The position numbers were made by a program, and so were the translations under genes. DNA of 64,000 nt from Minisyncoccota bacterium. GTDB taxonomy: Bacteria; Patescibacteriota; Minisyncoccia; Phycocordibacterales; Phycocordibacteraceae. Under the pieces are notes generated by a model. The model did not search any database and had not been told where the DNA came from. It saw only the letters and a list, made by a program, of their open reading frames with translations. Shown here piece by piece: positions 27,572-37,791 of this stretch (position 1 is the stretch's first letter; each line of letters begins with the position of its first letter). The DNA lies in NCBI GenBank assembly GCA_017991635.1, contig JAGOQE010000001.1:550-64549 (forward strand), written 5' to 3'.

Positions 27572-29866
27572 CTATAGTTTCTTACTTTTAATTCGTAATG
27601 AATTTGACACGACTGACACACTGGACATCGCCATGGCAAAACCTGCAAACACAGGATTCAAGAGCCACCCAAAAACGGGATAAAACACTCCCGCGGCAAG
27701 CGGGATGCCGACGATATTGTAAATAAATGCAAAGAACAGATTCTGCTTGATTCCTCGCATGGTGATTTTTGAAAGCTTGATTGCTTTAACGAGCTTTGAC
27801 ATGTCACCGCCAAGAAGTGTTATGCCCGCAGACTCAATCGCAACATCAGTGCCCGTACTCATTGCAATACCTACATCAGCCTGAGCGAGCGCAGGTGCGT
27901 CGTTCACACCATCACCCGCCATAGCAACAACGCGACCCTCTGCCTGAAGTTCCTGTATTTTCTTTAGCTTATCTTGTGGTAGTACATGGGCAACAACGTC
28001 ATCAATGCCGACGAGAGCTCCGATGTGTTTTGCTGTCTTCTCATCGTCACCAGTGAGCATAACCACTTTGATTCCAAGGGCGTGCAAGTTTTTAATTGCC
28101 TCTTCTGATTCCGGCTTTATTTCATCTGCCACCATTACAAAACCAAGAACCTTTTCCTGTGTTGCAAGAACCACCGGTGTCTTTCCTTGTGAAGTAAACT
28201 CGTCAAGCCTTGTGGAATCAAAGGAAATACCAAGATCCTTAATAAGCGTTGCGTTCCCAGCAAAATATTCAATACCACTGATTGACCCCTTGAGTCCCTT
28301 ACCCTGCACACTTTCAAAATGCGAGACATCCGATACAGGAATATGCTTCTCTTGTGCATAGTTTACGATTGCGTGCGCAATTGGGTGCTCGGACTTCTTT
28401 TCAAGCGAAGCAAGAATTGATACGAGCTTCTCAGGTTTGAGATCTGACAGGTTTTGTATATCAATGAGTGTCGGTTTGCCTTTTGTAATTGTGCCTGTTT
28501 TATCAACAACAACAGTATCGACCTTGTGGAGTTTCTCGAGAGTGGCAGCATCCTTGATGAGTATTCCCTCTTTTGCACCCTTACCAACTCCGACAATTAT
28601 TGCAGTTGGAGTAGCAAGACCGAGCGCGCACGGACAGGCAATAACGAGAACACCCACAAATGACACAAGGCCAAATGAAAGCGCCTGAGAAAAACCTATA
28701 TACGGCGACCCTACAATGAGCCATGTGCCAAGGGAGAGAAAGGCAATGATGAGCACAATAGGTACAAAGATTGCTGATATTTTATCTGCCAGTGCTTGTA
28801 TTGGTGCCTTACTGCCTTGAGCGTCCTCAACCATTGCAATGATCTGAGCGAGCAAGGTCTCTCTTCCAACTCTGGTAGCTCTAAATATAAATGACCCGTT
28901 CGTATTTATCGTTCCAGATACCACGCTGTCACCAATCATTTTTTCTGCTGGCATCGGCTCTCCGGTAACCATGGACTCATCAACAAAAGAAGACCCCTCG
29001 GTGATAACACCATCAACGGGAATTTTCGCACCCGGCTTCACCGTAAGTAAGTCACCGTGTTTTACATCGGCCACATCAATCTCAATTTCCTTTCCGTCAC
29101 GAACCACCAGGGCCGTTTTTGCCTGGAGCGTAAGAAGTTTCTCAATTGCATCTCCTGTCCTTATTTTTGAGCGAGCTTCCAAGTACTTACCAAGAGCGAT
29201 AAAGGTAATGACTACTATCGTCACATCGTAGTACTGATACTCAACATTAATAAACGGACTGAGAACATCCTCAAAAGCGCTGACGGTGAAACTATATAAG
29301 AAAGCAGCGACGGTGCCGATACCAATAAGCGTATCCATGTTCGCCTTGCCATAGCGAAGAAATCTGTAAAAGCCCAGAAGATAGGGCTTCCCTACGACAA
29401 ACAAAATATACGTCGCAAATATCGGAAGAAGATGATGGAAAAACTCCTTGAGGGTGTAGCTCATGGGGGAAACAATGCTGTACTCAGCCAAAATGTCGAA
29501 GCCCATAATCACGGCAGCAAAAACTGCAAGAGGAATGGCAGAGAGCACCCTTTTTCTCATGTCCTCAACTTCAGCAAGCTTTTCCTTTTTTGATTGATTC
29601 AATCCCAAGTGAGCTCTGTGCTCGTCTGCTGACATGCCCATTTCTTCGGCCGAAGCAGGAACATCAAGCGAGTATCCGAGCGGTTCAATATGTTTGGAGA
29701 GATCGTGAGGATTGGTTTTTGAGGAATCAAAAGAAATTTTTGCTTTCTCAGTACCGTAGTTCACTTCAGCTAGGTGTACCCCTTCAACCTTCTTAAGAGT
29801 CTTTTCAATAACTGAAGAGCATGAGGCACAATGCATTCCCTTTACTGCGTATGTTTGCGTGTGCAT
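27572..29866 (-). CDS. copA: copper-translocating P1B-type ATPase
   Basis: 764 aa. N-terminal HMA GMHCASC. TM CPC motif in [11 protein letters not shown]. Phosphorylation site [15 protein letters not shown] hinge. Confidence 0.9.
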   Translation of the reverse strand: MHTQTYAVKGMHCASCSSVIEKTLKKVEGVHLAEVNYGTEKAKISFDSSKTNPHDLSKHIEPLGYSLDVPASAEEMGMSADEHRAHLGLNQSKKEKLAEVEDMRKRVLSAIPLAVFAAVIMGFDILAEYSIVSPMSYTLKEFFHHLLPIFATYILFVVGKPYLLGFYRFLRYGKANMDTLIGIGTVAAFLYSFTVSAFEDVLSPFINVEYQYYDVTIVVITFIALGKYLEARSKIRTGDAIEKLLTLQAKTALVVRDGKEIEIDVADVKHGDLLTVKPGAKIPVDGVITEGSSFVDESMVTGEPMPAEKMIGDSVVSGTINTNGSFIFRATRVGRETLLAQIIAMVEDAQGSKAPIQALADKISAIFVPIVLIIAFLSLGTWLIVGSPYIGFSQALSFGLVSFVGVLVIACPCALGLATPTAIIVGVGKGAKEGILIKDAATLEKLHKVDTVVVDKTGTITKGKPTLIDIQNLSDLKPEKLVSILASLEKKSEHPIAHAIVNYAQEKHIPVSDVSHFESVQGKGLKGSISGIEYFAGNATLIKDLGISFDSTRLDEFTSQGKTPVVLATQEKVLGFVMVADEIKPESEEAIKNLHALGIKVVMLTGDDEKTAKHIGALVGIDDVVAHVLPQDKLKKIQELQAEGRVVAMAGDGVNDAPALAQADVGIAMSTGTDVAIESAGITLLGGDMSKLVKAIKLSKITMRGIKQNLFFAFIYNIVGIPLAAGVFYPVFGWLLNPVFAGFAMAMSSVSVVSNSLRIKSKKL

Positions 29867-29869
29867 ACC

Positions 29870-30145
29870 TTATTTTCGTTTAAGTTTGTACACTTTTAAA
29901 ATTTCCTGCTTCGCTTTTTCAGTTTTCCCAGCTTTTACTTGATTCAGAATGCACCCACCGAGATGGTTTTCAAGCAAAATATCTTCAACATTAGAGAGCC
30001 CCTGTTTAACAGCGGATGTTTGCGTAATCACATCAATGCAGTAGGTGTCGTTCTCAACCAATTTTTGCAGACCCCGGATCTGACCTTCAATACGCTTTAG
30101 TCTTTGTACAATTTTTTTCTTGCGCTCGTCCTCCATGTATTTCAT
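29870..30145 (-). CDS. csoR: copper-sensing repressor, CsoR family (Cys-His-Cys type)
   Basis: ...DTYCIDVITQ...ENHLGGCI supplies the Cys...His-x3-Cys Cu(I) ligand pattern of CsoR. Start trimmed to internal MKYMEDE so that the upstream palindrome lies in the promoter rather than in the CDS. Confidence 0.75.
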   Translation of the reverse strand: MKYMEDERKKKIVQRLKRIEGQIRGLQKLVENDTYCIDVITQTSAVKQGLSNVEDILLENHLGGCILNQVKAGKTEKAKQEILKVYKLKRK

Positions 30146-30154
30146 ATCTGTATG

Positions 30155-30176
30155 GTATACCCCCCAGGGGGTATAC
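30155..30176. promoter_or_regulatory. CsoR-type operator: GC-tract pseudo-palindrome GTATACCCCCCAGGGGGTATAC
   Basis: Near-perfect inverted repeat directly upstream of csoR-copA. It matches the known ATACCC..GGGTAT-like architecture of CsoR operators. Confidence 0.6.
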
Positions 30177-30331
30177 GTCAATGCGCATGAAATCGAAAGA
30201 CAAGTCTCTACTGGTGCGAAAAAGTATGCGACAACGGCGCGACCCCTAGGTCGCGCCGTTTCTTTTTATCTCTCAAAACCCTCCACTTCCTTCTGCTACA
30301 CTATCCCTATTACCCCTCTATCAACGTACCC

Positions 30332-30802
30332 ATGAAAAAGCTCATTGCTATCTTGATTGTTGTTTTGATTGCTGGTGCTGGCGTTGTCTACGTACAAACA
30401 CAGGAGGTTCGTGCCCCGGAAGCTACAATAACCACAGAGACACCGAGCGCTTCCGAACAGAAGTCTCCTGGTTCCCCTATTTCGCACACCATTATCTATG
30501 ATGGCCAAGGATTCTCTCCCACCACGCTTACGGTAAAGGCAGGCGAAACCGTTACCTTTGTTAATCAATCAACACGAGGCATGTGGGTTGGTGCTGACGA
30601 GCATCCAACACACACAAGCTATGACGGCTCATCAACAAGCCAGCACTGCGGAAAGACAGGTCCTGTAGATGCAACAGTCTTTGACCAATGCATCGCAGTT
30701 CAAAATGGCGGAAGCTGGTCATTCACCTTTACCAAGGTCGGCAGTTTTGACTTCCACAATCACGTAGCCGGAGGTGCCCACGGTACCGTTGTGGTTGAGT
30801 AA
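30332..30802 (+). CDS. secreted protein with His/Cys-containing C-terminal domain (possible metal-binding), hypothetical
   Basis: 156 aa. Signal/TM MKKLIAILIVVLIAGAGVV. Motifs HCGKTG, DQCIAV, HNHVAGGAH. Not a canonical cupredoxin ligand spacing. Confidence 0.4.
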   Translation: MKKLIAILIVVLIAGAGVVYVQTQEVRAPEATITTETPSASEQKSPGSPISHTIIYDGQGFSPTTLTVKAGETVTFVNQSTRGMWVGADEHPTHTSYDGSSTSQHCGKTGPVDATVFDQCIAVQNGGSWSFTFTKVGSFDFHNHVAGGAHGTVVVE

Positions 30803-30804
30803 GT

Positions 30805-31182
30805 ATGATAGTGCCTCGCGTATCAGTGCCTGAACTTGTGCTTCGTGCGTCTCTCGCCTTCTCCTTTATTTATCCACCCATTGCGGCGTTCATAAAGCCC
30901 TATGACTGGGTCGGCTACATCCCAACAGCACTACAAGACATCGTTGCACCACACACGATACTGTTCTTGCACGGCATTGGTCTTATTGAGATTGCACTCG
31001 CAGTTTGGATTATGTTTGGAAAGAGAATCTTTGCTCCAAGTGTTGTCGCCGGTGCATTCCTTGTTGCCATCGTGATAATGAATCCAAGCCAGTTTGATAT
31101 TCTGTTCCGTGACGTGTCCCTTGTAGGTATTGCCCTTGCCCTTATATACCTGCATCGCCCAAAGAAACACCATGGTACGTAA
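30805..31182 (+). CDS. small 3-4 TM membrane protein (DoxX-like?), hypothetical
   Basis: 125 aa, hydrophobic throughout. Confidence 0.35.
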   Translation: MIVPRVSVPELVLRASLAFSFIYPPIAAFIKPYDWVGYIPTALQDIVAPHTILFLHGIGLIEIALAVWIMFGKRIFAPSVVAGAFLVAIVIMNPSQFDILFRDVSLVGIALALIYLHRPKKHHGT

Positions 31183-31603
31183 ATCAGCAGGAGGCATTGT
31201 GCTGGGGCGCGGGGGGACCATCGTTCTCGTACGCAACCAAACGAGTACCAAGTGGTTTTTCCCTAAAGGCGGAATTGATGCGGGCGAAGACGATGAGACT
31301 GCTGCGCGCAGAGAAATTGAGGAGGAAGTAGGACTCACTAACCTTGAGTACATTGGTGACCTTGGCACTTATGCTCGTCCACGCATTCACAAAGACGGAA
31401 CGTATGACCTGAGCGAGATGAAGGAGATACACATGTTTCTCTTCAGTATGGACGAGTCAGAGACACCTACTGCATCACATGAAATTGCTGAAGCGCGTCT
31501 TGCGCCGTATATGGATGTAGCTGAATTACTTGAGGACGCAAAAGATAAGGTTTGGTTTATGAGCGTATTTCGAAGAATTCAAGAAGGCATCCAGCGCGAC
31601 TAG
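31172..31603 (+). CDS. NUDIX hydrolase
   Basis: Nudix box GGIDAGEDDETAARREIEEEVGL (Gx5Ex7REUxEExGU). Start chosen at internal MVRKSAGGIV. Confidence 0.75.
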   Translation: MVRKSAGGIVLGRGGTIVLVRNQTSTKWFFPKGGIDAGEDDETAARREIEEEVGLTNLEYIGDLGTYARPRIHKDGTYDLSEMKEIHMFLFSMDESETPTASHEIAEARLAPYMDVAELLEDAKDKVWFMSVFRRIQEGIQRD

Positions 31604-32031
31604 AGGACTTGCGTGTGCATGAAGAGAAAAATACCGATTGGCAAAACCCATGCGAACCAGTCAATAAACCCTTTCTTAAGTAGCTGTCCGTATTTCCTTG
31701 GATGCACGTAAAACTCTTGATACGTCACTGCAAGCACTGCAGAAACTAAAAGAACATACAATGCCACCTCGCTTCCGAACAAACGCTCAGACAGCACGGC
31801 AGAAAAAACAATAAAAAATACGGAACCTATGAAGTGGAATGTCTCACGGTAAGCGACGAGCTTGTACCCGAAATGTCCTTTACCATACTTCTTAAGAGCG
31901 AGGTGAAGTTCGTGGTTGTATGCGCGCAATCCTCGAATCTTCCTACCGCGAGACTTATAGGAAAATGGATAGAGGAAATCAGGTATTTCAACCAAGGTCT
32001 CATACCATGTGAGCTTCCGCTTCTTTTTCAT
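31600..32031 (-). CDS. membrane protein, hypothetical
   Basis: 143 aa. Basic N-terminus then 3-4 hydrophobic helices. Confidence 0.4.
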   Translation of the reverse strand: MKKKRKLTWYETLVEIPDFLYPFSYKSRGRKIRGLRAYNHELHLALKKYGKGHFGYKLVAYRETFHFIGSVFFIVFSAVLSERLFGSEVALYVLLVSAVLAVTYQEFYVHPRKYGQLLKKGFIDWFAWVLPIGIFLFMHTQVL

Positions 32032-32049
32032 TCTCCTAGTATACGACCT

Positions 32050-33216
32050 CTACCTAATAGCTTTTGCCACAACATCAACAACTCCCTTATGTAATACATC
32101 AGGAATGATTTCTTTTGCTGTTGGGTTTTTCACGAGTGAAGCAAGCGCCTTTGCTGCGCGTAATTTTGATTCATCGGTGATTTGTCGCACTCCCTTTGAA
32201 AGCGCTCCCTTAAATACTCCCGGAAACACGAGTGCATTATTAATCTGATTAGGAAAATCAGAACGACCGGTAGCAACCACAAAGGCACCCCCTGAAAGCG
32301 CCTCCTCGGGCAAAATCTCCGGGACAGGATTTGAAAGCGCGAAGACGATTGCTCTTGGAGCCATCACCTCCACATCTTCTTTAGTAATAAGATTTGGACC
32401 AGAAACTCCCACAACTACATCTGCATTTGTGAGCGCATCTCTAAGTGAGCCCTCAATGTTTCTTGGATTCGTGATTGAAGCAAGGGATTTCTTTTCAGGA
32501 GAAAGGTCCTTGCGCTTTTTGAAAATAATTCCTTGTCTATCAAGAACCGTAACATCTTCAATACCAGCAAGAAGCAGGAGTTTTGCCGTAGCCGTTCCAG
32601 CAGCGCCCGCACCAATAACAGCGACGCGAAGTTTTTTCATATTTTTCTTAACCACCTTTGAGGCGTTCATGAGTCCCGCAAGCACGACAATTGCCGTTCC
32701 GTGCTGATCGTCATGCATAACAGGAATAGAAAGCTCTTTCTTTAGACGCTCTTCAACAAGAAAACACTCAGGAGCTTTAATGTCCTCAAGATTGATTCCA
32801 CCGAAGGATGGCGCGATGGCTTTTACAACACGGATGATTTCCTCTGCGCGTTCTTCCGTTGAGATATCTTTTCGTGAAGGCAAATCAAGAACAAGAGGCC
32901 ACGCGTCAATTCCTGCCTTCTCTTTAAAAATAAGCGCCTTCCCTTCCATCACTGGAAGCGCACCATACGGACCAATATTTCCAAGACCGAGCACCGCTGA
33001 GCCATCAGACACAACCGCAACACTGTTTTTCTTTACTGAGTACACGCGCGCTTCTTCAGGATGCTTTGCGAGATGAGTGGAAACAGTTCCCACGCCAGGA
33101 GTGTAAAAAAGTGAAAAGTCCTGCTTCTTCTTGAGAGAGACCTTCGCCTTTGTCTCTATTTTTCCTCCTACCTTCCTATGTGCGTCGAGAATTGCCTCTT
33201 GTTCCTTCTTTGTCAT
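32050..33216 (-). CDS. NAD(P)-dependent malic enzyme (short form)
   Basis: 388 aa. FNDDQHGTAIV-like segment present as HDDQHGTAIVVLAGLMNA. Rossmann GAGAAG dinucleotide motif. Confidence 0.85.
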   Translation of the reverse strand: MTKKEQEAILDAHRKVGGKIETKAKVSLKKKQDFSLFYTPGVGTVSTHLAKHPEEARVYSVKKNSVAVVSDGSAVLGLGNIGPYGALPVMEGKALIFKEKAGIDAWPLVLDLPSRKDISTEERAEEIIRVVKAIAPSFGGINLEDIKAPECFLVEERLKKELSIPVMHDDQHGTAIVVLAGLMNASKVVKKNMKKLRVAVIGAGAAGTATAKLLLLAGIEDVTVLDRQGIIFKKRKDLSPEKKSLASITNPRNIEGSLRDALTNADVVVGVSGPNLITKEDVEVMAPRAIVFALSNPVPEILPEEALSGGAFVVATGRSDFPNQINNALVFPGVFKGALSKGVRQITDESKLRAAKALASLVKNPTAKEIIPDVLHKGVVDVVAKAIR

Positions 33217-33282
33217 AGCTATGAGTATACGCGAGCTCTCACAAAGAGCCTGTGCACAAACGCTACGGGCACCTTTTTTAAT

Positions 33283-33311
33283 ATTGACAAATATGTTATA
33301 TAATGTTATAC
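33283..33311 (+). promoter_or_regulatory. sigma70-like promoter (TTGACA, 17-bp spacer, TATACT) upstream of the GC-rich ORF
   Basis: ttgaca aatatgttatataatgt tatact, followed by the AAGGA RBS 8 nt before ATG 33361. Confidence 0.4.
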
Positions 33312-33360
33312 TATATATGGTTTGAACCGCTGGGGTTCAATGTTCCAAAGGACTAAGCCC

Positions 33361-33852
33361 ATGAAGAAGATTCTGCTCGCCGCCGTTGCGGCCTGTGTCT
33401 TTTCCGCCGCCCCCGCCATGGCCTTCGCCGGCGACCTGAATCGGGAGAGCACCCGGCTCCCCGACGGCTCCACGCTGATCGTCATCACGACCAAGCAAGG
33501 CGGTCTCGCCGCCCCGAGCTCCTCGACCGTGACGCGCTTCCTCTGCCCCGTGCAGGGACCCTGCGTCATCCTGGGCTCGGACGCCTTCAGCCAGGACGGC
33601 ATCTTCGCCGGCCTGCCCGGCGACGTCGTCCGCGCGGTCGGCATGCGTGAGTTCGGGCGCTCGCTCCGTCCCTCGACGAGCGAGACCTACGTCTCGTCCT
33701 ACAGCGACAGCAGTTCGGCCTCGGGCGCCAACGCGAACGCTCAGCAAGGCCAGTGCTCTGGCGGTCTGCTCTGCACGGTCGAGCCGTCGAACGAATCGGA
33801 TGTCGACATCAACGGTGGCGACAGCTACGACGAAAGCGGCGGCAAGGGCTGA
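33361..33852 (+). CDS. small secreted Cys-containing protein encoded by a sharply GC-rich segment
   Basis: 163 aa. Signal peptide MKKILLAAVAACVFSAAPAMA. Four Cys. Ser/Asp-rich acidic C-terminus. Codon third positions are overwhelmingly G/C, unlike all neighbouring genes. Confidence 0.5.
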   Translation: MKKILLAAVAACVFSAAPAMAFAGDLNRESTRLPDGSTLIVITTKQGGLAAPSSSTVTRFLCPVQGPCVILGSDAFSQDGIFAGLPGDVVRAVGMREFGRSLRPSTSETYVSSYSDSSSASGANANAQQGQCSGGLLCTVEPSNESDVDINGGDSYDESGGKG

Positions 33853-33884
33853 TCTTTCCACTACTACCCTTCGGGGAATGTAGA

Positions 33885-33925
33885 AACGGGCCTCTTTCGG
33901 AAACGAAAGAGGCCTATTTCTTTTT
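33885..33925 (+). terminator. rho-independent terminator
   Basis: aggcctctttcg-gaaa-cgaaagaggcct hairpin followed by a T-run. Confidence 0.55.
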
Positions 33926-33935
33926 GCTACTAACG

Positions 33936-34667
33936 TTAGTACGTAACGGAAAAATCCTTACTTACTCCCTGCGCGAGAGCTGTGCTTTCTCCATTTTCGT
34001 TAAATGGTGTCTGAAGCACGAGCACCATGTAGTACGTGCCAGCAGAAAGCGTACTTCCATCATTACCGAGACTGCCTACAGTCCATTTCCCTTTCTTCTT
34101 TTTAATTTCTTTCACCGTCATATGCTCCTTAATTGTTTGAACAGTAAATCCAGAGTTACTTTTTGCATACACAGCGAGCTCTCCTTCAAGATTTGGAAAC
34201 GATTTTAGACGCTCTTCGAGAGAGCCTTTATCGGGATTATTTCCCCAACGAATCGTATACTCTTGCCCAACTACAACTTCCTTTGGAACAAGAAGCTTCA
34301 GCGTGACTTCATTTGAAGCTGTTGGAAGTGCAATTGGAAGTGACGCGCTTACTGACTCATTTGTATATTTACTTAAACAATTGATGCCAACATACGGAGC
34401 CACAAACGTGCTTGGGTATACTCTAAGCTTTTTCTCACCACGAGCTTTTACAGAGACCATCACCCCAGCTTTCTTTCCTGGATAATACAGAGAGCACTCT
34501 TTTACATCAGACCCTTCCCACTCAACACGTACAGTGCCTCCATTTGGGACAATGCTTGTTGTCTTGGCTTGAATACTTACAGAAGGCGCAGATGACGCGT
34601 GCACACCAAAAGGAACGGTCGCACCCAAAACAAGCACTGTAGCAACGAGTAAGCGAAGATTGGACAT
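33936..34667 (-). CDS. secreted protein, hypothetical (beta-rich)
   Basis: Start trimmed to MSNLRLLVATVLVLGATVPFGVHA signal peptide. The track ORF N-terminus overlapped the recG start. Confidence 0.45.
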   Translation of the reverse strand: MSNLRLLVATVLVLGATVPFGVHASSAPSVSIQAKTTSIVPNGGTVRVEWEGSDVKECSLYYPGKKAGVMVSVKARGEKKLRVYPSTFVAPYVGINCLSKYTNESVSASLPIALPTASNEVTLKLLVPKEVVVGQEYTIRWGNNPDKGSLEERLKSFPNLEGELAVYAKSNSGFTVQTIKEHMTVKEIKKKKGKWTVGSLGNDGSTLSAGTYYMVLVLQTPFNENGESTALAQGVSKDFSVTY

Positions 34668-34769
34668 AGTAAATAGGTTATGTCCCCAAAGTGTACCAAT
34701 CACAAGGAATTCTGTCAGATTGAATCCCCTGCACCGACAACTCGTGTCTTCACGTATACTATTTAGGAC

Positions 34770-36935
34770 ATGGAGCCAGGCGACCTTATAGAAAAGCATT
34801 TCACCCGGCTTAAGCCTGATCAGAAGAAAGCGCTTCAGAAATTAGGCATTGTAACTATTGCCGACCTCCTGTATCACTTCCCAGCGCGTTACGAGAACGC
34901 TGGCCCTACAGGAACCATTGCCTCACTTCAAGCCGGCACGGAAGCCACACTATTTGGAACTATTAGAAAACCTGAGACCAGAAAGACTTGGAAGGGACGT
35001 CTACCTGTAGCTGAAGCGTGGCTTGAGGACGCTTCGGGACGCATTAAGCTTCGCTGGTTTTCCCAGCCCTATATCGCCAAAACACTTCACGAGGGTATGG
35101 TCGTGAAGGTGCACGGCAAAGCCACCGGCACAGGTGAGAAACTCTATCTTGCAAACCCCACCGTTGAGCGTGCTGAAGTTTCTCCTGAAGCCGTGCACGA
35201 ATCACTTTTTACGGACGCTTCGGGTGAGACCGTGGACACACTCTACGCGGTCTATCCTGAGAGCAAAGGTATTTCTTCTTTGTGGTTTTCACATGCGGTA
35301 AAGAAAGTCTTTCCGAAACTTGCTGAGGATTCGCTTGAGGACCCTATCCCAGAAGATATCCGTGAGCGCTACAACCTTCCGCCACTTAGAAGTGCAATCA
35401 TCTTTATGCACACACCAAGAAGCATCAAAGATGCTGAGGCAGCGCGTAAACGGTTTGCCTTTCAGGAAGTATTTTGTATCCAACTTTCTGTTGGTCGCCT
35501 GAAGCAATCAGCACTCAAGGAAGAGGCGCTTCCTATTGATGTAGACCGAGAGCGTTTGGACGCCTTTGTGAAATCATTCCCGTTCCCGGCAACCGATGCA
35601 CAGAACCGTGCCATTGAGGACATTATGGAAAGTTTTTCTAAGGGTCACCCTATGCGACGACTCTTGGAGGGAGACGTGGGTAGTGGAAAGACCGCCGTAG
35701 CAGCAGCCACAGCCTATACCGTTGCCACTTCTCGTCCGAAAGGACGAGTTGCAGGCACGCTACAAGTTGCGTATCTCTGTCCTACTGAAATTCTTGCGAA
35801 ACAACACTTCTCTACCTTTGTCTCACACTTCAAGGACCACCCAATTCCTATTGGCCTTATCACAGGAAGTGAGTGTAGGAAGTTCCCATCAAAAATTAAG
35901 AAAGAGGAATCCACAAAAATTTCTCGTGCGCAGTTTTCTAAATGGGTTGCAAATGGAGAAATTCCTATTGTCATTGGCACACATGCTCTCGTGTATAAAT
36001 CACTTGCCTTCAAACACCTCGCCTACACGATTATTGATGAACAGCACCGCTTCGGTACGATGCATCGCCAGAAACTGACGCAAAAGGGTGGCGTGTCACC
36101 ACACCTACTTTCAATGACCGCAACGCCCATTCCGCGCACTCTTGCGCTTACTATTTACGGCGACCTCGATCTCACCGTTCTCGACCAGCTTCCCCTTGGA
36201 CGAAAGCCAGTCATCACAGAAGTACTTGCGCCAGAAAAGCGAAATGTTGCCTATGAACGAGTTCGCCAAGAACTCGCCCTTGGTCGCCAGGCCTATGTAA
36301 TTTGCCCTCGCATTGACGAACCAGACCCGACTAAGGAAATGGCGCTTCAAGCAAAGTCAGTGAAAGCAGAGGCCGTCCGCCTACAGGAAGAAATATTTCC
36401 AACTATTCCTATTGGCATACTGCACAGCAAGATGACACCGATTGAGAAAGAACGCGCCATGGAACTCTTTAATCGCGGTGAAACAAAAATACTCGTAGCA
36501 ACATCAGTTGTTGAAGTGGGTGTGAACGTACCGAATGCAACGGTCATTTTAATTGAGGGTGCTGAACGATTTGGACTTTCTCAACTTCACCAATTGCGAG
36601 GACGTGTCATTCGTTCAAGCCATCAAGCGTACTGCTTTGCTCTTCCGGAAAGTTACGGTGAAGCAACCAAAAACCGCATGAAGGCACTCACGACGGCAAA
36701 GAATGGTTTTGAACTTGCAGAATACGACCTTTCGCTTCGCGGTGCCGGAGAACTCACGGGTGCTCGGCAGTGGGGTGTCTCAGATATTGCTATGGAAGCA
36801 CTCAGAAATATCAAAATGGTTGAAGCGGCGAGGAAAGAAGCTGGCGCACTACTTGAGCGAGACCCGAATCTAGTGACCATTCCTCCGTCCCTTCACGACC
36901 GTCTCCGTCACGCCGAAGGTATTCATTTTGAATAG
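34770..36935 (+). CDS. recG: ATP-dependent DNA helicase RecG
   Basis: 721 aa. Walker A GDVGSGKT. DEQH box (IIDEQHRFG). Helicase C-terminal motifs. OB-wedge region at the N-terminus. Confidence 0.85.
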   Translation: MEPGDLIEKHFTRLKPDQKKALQKLGIVTIADLLYHFPARYENAGPTGTIASLQAGTEATLFGTIRKPETRKTWKGRLPVAEAWLEDASGRIKLRWFSQPYIAKTLHEGMVVKVHGKATGTGEKLYLANPTVERAEVSPEAVHESLFTDASGETVDTLYAVYPESKGISSLWFSHAVKKVFPKLAEDSLEDPIPEDIRERYNLPPLRSAIIFMHTPRSIKDAEAARKRFAFQEVFCIQLSVGRLKQSALKEEALPIDVDRERLDAFVKSFPFPATDAQNRAIEDIMESFSKGHPMRRLLEGDVGSGKTAVAAATAYTVATSRPKGRVAGTLQVAYLCPTEILAKQHFSTFVSHFKDHPIPIGLITGSECRKFPSKIKKEESTKISRAQFSKWVANGEIPIVIGTHALVYKSLAFKHLAYTIIDEQHRFGTMHRQKLTQKGGVSPHLLSMTATPIPRTLALTIYGDLDLTVLDQLPLGRKPVITEVLAPEKRNVAYERVRQELALGRQAYVICPRIDEPDPTKEMALQAKSVKAEAVRLQEEIFPTIPIGILHSKMTPIEKERAMELFNRGETKILVATSVVEVGVNVPNATVILIEGAERFGLSQLHQLRGRVIRSSHQAYCFALPESYGEATKNRMKALTTAKNGFELAEYDLSLRGAGELTGARQWGVSDIAMEALRNIKMVEAARKEAGALLERDPNLVTIPPSLHDRLRHAEGIHFE

Positions 36936-37791
36936 TTTATTTACAGACCCTGATTCGTCACGTATTCTCAACGTAATGTTGAAGAAAATTGCTATTGGGA
37001 TTGTCTGTTTATTTGCACTTATTGGTTTCGTCCTTGTCGCAGGGTATTTCGCCGTTACCTTTGGTCTCACTAATGAGGAAGGAATCATCGACAGTCAACG
37101 TGAAGCATTTCTTGGTGAAGTGAACCTCAAAGATTCAGTGCCTGTGCAGGACTGGGAGAACTCAGAGGAGTGGGCAGTTATTGATAGCGCAGTACGTCGC
37201 GATATCACTGTACTGAATCGTGCGGCAGCTGATGCGCAGGTCTCGCCCCGACTTATAGTTTCAAGTCTCGTAGCAGAGCAACTACGCCTTTTCTTTACTG
37301 AGCGCGAAGCATACAAAAAATGGTTTTATCCACTCAAGATTCTCGGACCTCAATCGCAGTTCTCATGGGGTGTGATGGGCATGAAAGAGGAGACTGCGAT
37401 TGAGGTTGAGAAGAATCTGAAAGACTCCACCTCTCCGTATTACCTTGGTAGTGAGTTTGAACATTTGCTTGATTTCAAAACAGCAGATGTTGAGACCGAG
37501 CGCTTTACACGCATGACTGACCAGCACGACCACTACTGGAGTTATCTCTATGCGGGACTTTTTCTTAAACAAATCATGGCGCAATGGGAAAAGGCAGGAT
37601 TCCCTATTAATGACCGTCCTGAGATTCTCTCGACGCTCTACAATATCGGTTTTAAGTATTCAAACCCAAATGCAAATCCCCAAGTAGGCGGTGCGGGACT
37701 TACAATCGCTGGCAAAGAGTACAGCTTTGGTGGTATTGCTTCAGACTTCTATAAGAGCGATCTTCTTATTGACGTTCTCCCTCGCCCGTAA
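36928..37791 (+). CDS. membrane-anchored hypothetical protein
   Basis: 287 aa. One N-terminal TM (IAIGIVCLFALIGFVLVAGYFAV). No motif recognised. Confidence 0.45.
   Translation: MNSLFTDPDSSRILNVMLKKIAIGIVCLFALIGFVLVAGYFAVTFGLTNEEGIIDSQREAFLGEVNLKDSVPVQDWENSEEWAVIDSAVRRDITVLNRAAADAQVSPRLIVSSLVAEQLRLFFTEREAYKKWFYPLKILGPQSQFSWGVMGMKEETAIEVEKNLKDSTSPYYLGSEFEHLLDFKTADVETERFTRMTDQHDHYWSYLYAGLFLKQIMAQWEKAGFPINDRPEILSTLYNIGFKYSNPNANPQVGGAGLTIAGKEYSFGGIASDFYKSDLLIDVLPRP

Noticed and set aside
33337-33861. 174-aa and 112-aa minus-strand ORFs, and a 78-aa plus-strand ORF, inside the GC-rich island
   Set aside because: Typical antisense or alternate-frame open frames that arise in high-GC DNA (Ala/Arg/Gly-rich). 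The plus-strand frame has a signal peptide, RBS, promoter and terminator.
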